The notes under the pieces: generated by a model
Database searches by the model: none
What the model was told of the DNA's origin: nothing
What the model saw: only the letters and a program-made list of their open reading frames with translations
Position numbers and translations under genes: made by a program
From: Pseudovirgaria hyperparasitica
Lineage: Eukaryota
DNA: 64,000 nt
Strand: one strand, 5' to 3'
NCBI GenBank assembly: GCA_010093815.1
Contig: ML996582.1
Shown: in pieces, positions 62,185 through 64,000 of the stretch
Position numbering within the stretch: the stretch's first letter is position 1
Layout of the letters: every line of letters starts with the position of its first letter

Positions 62185-62626
62185 CAGAAGCGCCGTGATA
62201 TGCTAAAAGTCAGAAACGCCCGGTCGATGATCGATGCATACGACCTGGGCGGGCGACGACGACTAATTAGGAATAAAATTCTGAGTATGCTTATTCAAAC
62301 CCGAAAGCCTCCAAGTGTAAAGGACTTTTGTGCGCCTGTCTGAATGTGATGGAGGGATGACAAGGACGGATGATGAAGCAAGGGAATTCGTGCAGAGAGA
62401 AAAAAAAAAACATGGAGGCGTGGGAGCATGTGTGTATGTATATAATGAGTCCATGAAACGGAGAGGATAACATGATGTGTAAAGGTCGTCGAAATCGCCG
62501 GATGAAGGCCGTGTGGGACGTCTTGGACACGTGTCTCAGATCAGCAAAACAATAGAACGGTGGTGAGGTGTGATCCAGATTGCTGTAAGCTGGAAATAGA
62601 TGCACGATGATAGCGTAAGCCTCCAT

Positions 62627-64000
62627 TCAGAATCGAATGTCAAAGTCCCGCATCGCGACCGCAATCTGCGATCCTATCGAATATACAGCATCTTCGTCCC
62701 GTCGATAAGTTGCATCAAGTGCATGGTCGACAGCCCAATCTCCGTTCTCCAATGCTCGTGGCGAGCCAGCGTACGTAACGTCGTCTATCTTGCGCAGTCG
62801 TCGTAGGACAAGATCACGCTGAGAGTCGGCGCTGGTCCATACATGAGACAGCTCCGTGATGCAAGCAAGGTTGGCCTCGACAGCCCTCTTGAGGCCCGGG
62901 AGTGTGTCACGGGACCCGCCAGCGGTGAGCACGTCCACGGCCGCTAGCAAGCTGTAGCCGAGAAAAGGAACTGCAGAGAACGAACTTGGACGAGGAGAGC
63001 CAATGCGGTGAGAGTCTGCGTGTTGAAGATGGTGAGCAATATTGAAGAGTTGCTTCGCGTGCACGAGGCTTGCTTGAATATTCCTTTCCAGTTGAGTCGT
63101 AAGCGCACCGACTCTGACGTGTCGATTCAACCTAATAAAAGCAGTGTTGTACAAGCTGTGTAACGACAGGAATGATCCCGCGCAGTCTCGGTGGATACTA
63201 CTCGTCAAGGCGTCGGGACTGTAACGTAAATCGTGCGGTAATTGAGCGTGCCATGCCTGAAGTTTGTGGTACATGCTGTTGTAGTGGTGCTCGTAGTAGT
63301 CAAGGTACGCAGCATTGACAGTCTTATTCAAGGCTCGGTCTGTCATTGAGAAGACTTGACCCCAAATGGCCGATACCTGGACGAGATAGGCCATTGTGCT
63401 CAGTGGAAGCTCGGTAGGAGTGCCGATGAGATCGTAGTCGAAGATTGGAGGATCCTGTGTGCGCTTCATGTTGTATTCCTGCTCTGTACATGGTAGACGA
63501 ACGAAGGTGTCCTCGAGGTTGATGTTGCATTTAGTGCCACCGCAGAAGCCGTTGTAGCGGTCCATCAAAAAGCCAGACCAGAACGTTCGCCTGCGGCATT
63601 CAAGCAGCTTCTCCCGGTCCAGCCCGTAAACATGGTCGCTGGGGTCTGCAATGTAGCAGATCACCTTCTCCGAGTTGAACCCTAGTGCGCTAATGCATCC
63701 CAGCGCCAGTCTGCAGTGATTCCATGACGCAGTTGTTTCACCACGTGCAAAGCAATACATGCCCACCAGAAGCCTGGCATGGCATATCTGCAACGTCAGC
63801 TCACTGAACAGCGTTTTTAGCGCATACTCGGCGATTTCGTGCAACTCCTTGCCGTAAGCATGTCGGTCTGGGATGTGAGAGAACAAGGATCCGATGGCGA
63901 GCATGCTGTACAACACCATACGATCTTGTGGAGTCTTCGAGCGGTTATGTTGAACCCAATGTACGATTGTATCTCTCGGAAAGAGGCAGTATGTTGCGGA
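62627..64000 (-). CDS. Fungal-specific transcription factor domain protein (Zn2Cys6 family middle homology region), 5' partial
   Basis: VLYSMLAIGS, ECRRRTFWSGFLMDRY, RLPCTE, LQAWHAQLP; frame open to the window edge. Confidence 0.88.
   Translation of the reverse strand, partial: SATYCLFPRDTIVHWVQHNRSKTPQDRMVLYSMLAIGSLFSHIPDRHAYGKELHEIAEYALKTLFSELTLQICHARLLVGMYCFARGETTASWNHCRLALGCISALGFNSEKVICYIADPSDHVYGLDREKLLECRRRTFWSGFLMDRYNGFCGGTKCNINLEDTFVRLPCTEQEYNMKRTQDPPIFDYDLIGTPTELPLSTMAYLVQVSAIWGQVFSMTDRALNKTVNAAYLDYYEHHYNSMYHKLQAWHAQLPHDLRYSPDALTSSIHRDCAGSFLSLHSLYNTAFIRLNRHVRVGALTTQLERNIQASLVHAKQLFNIAHHLQHADSHRIGSPRPSSFSAVPFLGYSLLAAVDVLTAGGSRDTLPGLKRAVEANLACITELSHVWTSADSQRDLVLRRLRKIDDVTYAGSPRALENGDWAVDHALDATYRRDEDAVYSIGSQIAVAMRDFDIRF

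Overview
Eukaryotic DNA from a filamentous ascomycete (Pezizomycotina, possibly a Dothideomycete), inferred from short GT-AG introns with CTRAC/CTAAT branch points and typical fungal gene content. About 20 mostly intron-containing protein-coding genes are present: a partial LaeA-like methyltransferase, PWP2, septin CDC12, WDR83/MORG1, a CASTOR/ACT-domain protein, BRAP2/ETP1, CDC4, a Drf_GBD protein, a divergent photolyase/cryptochrome, a DEAH helicase, an arrestin-like protein, ankyrin-tailed L-asparaginase, nmrA, mitochondrial bL19, an uncharacterised nucleotidyltransferase-like protein, a NAP/Vps75 histone chaperone, a HET-domain protein, YAR1, GTR1 and a partial fungal-specific transcription factor. 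Also present are a decayed casein kinase I pseudogene missed by the ORF track and microsatellite-rich gene-poor tracts. No tRNA, rRNA, snRNA, CRISPR array or intact transposon was recognised. The top candidates for new biology are (i) a 495-nt asparaginase intron holding a ~350-nt folded domain whose closing helix competes with a hairpin masking an alternative, stop-introducing 5' splice site (riboswitch-like architecture), (ii) a photolyase with a remodelled CPD pocket and Trp triad, and (iii) long AUG-free leaders on nmrA and the CASTOR-like gene. Exon boundaries, pairings and motif counts were derived by eye; no folding or homology searches were run.
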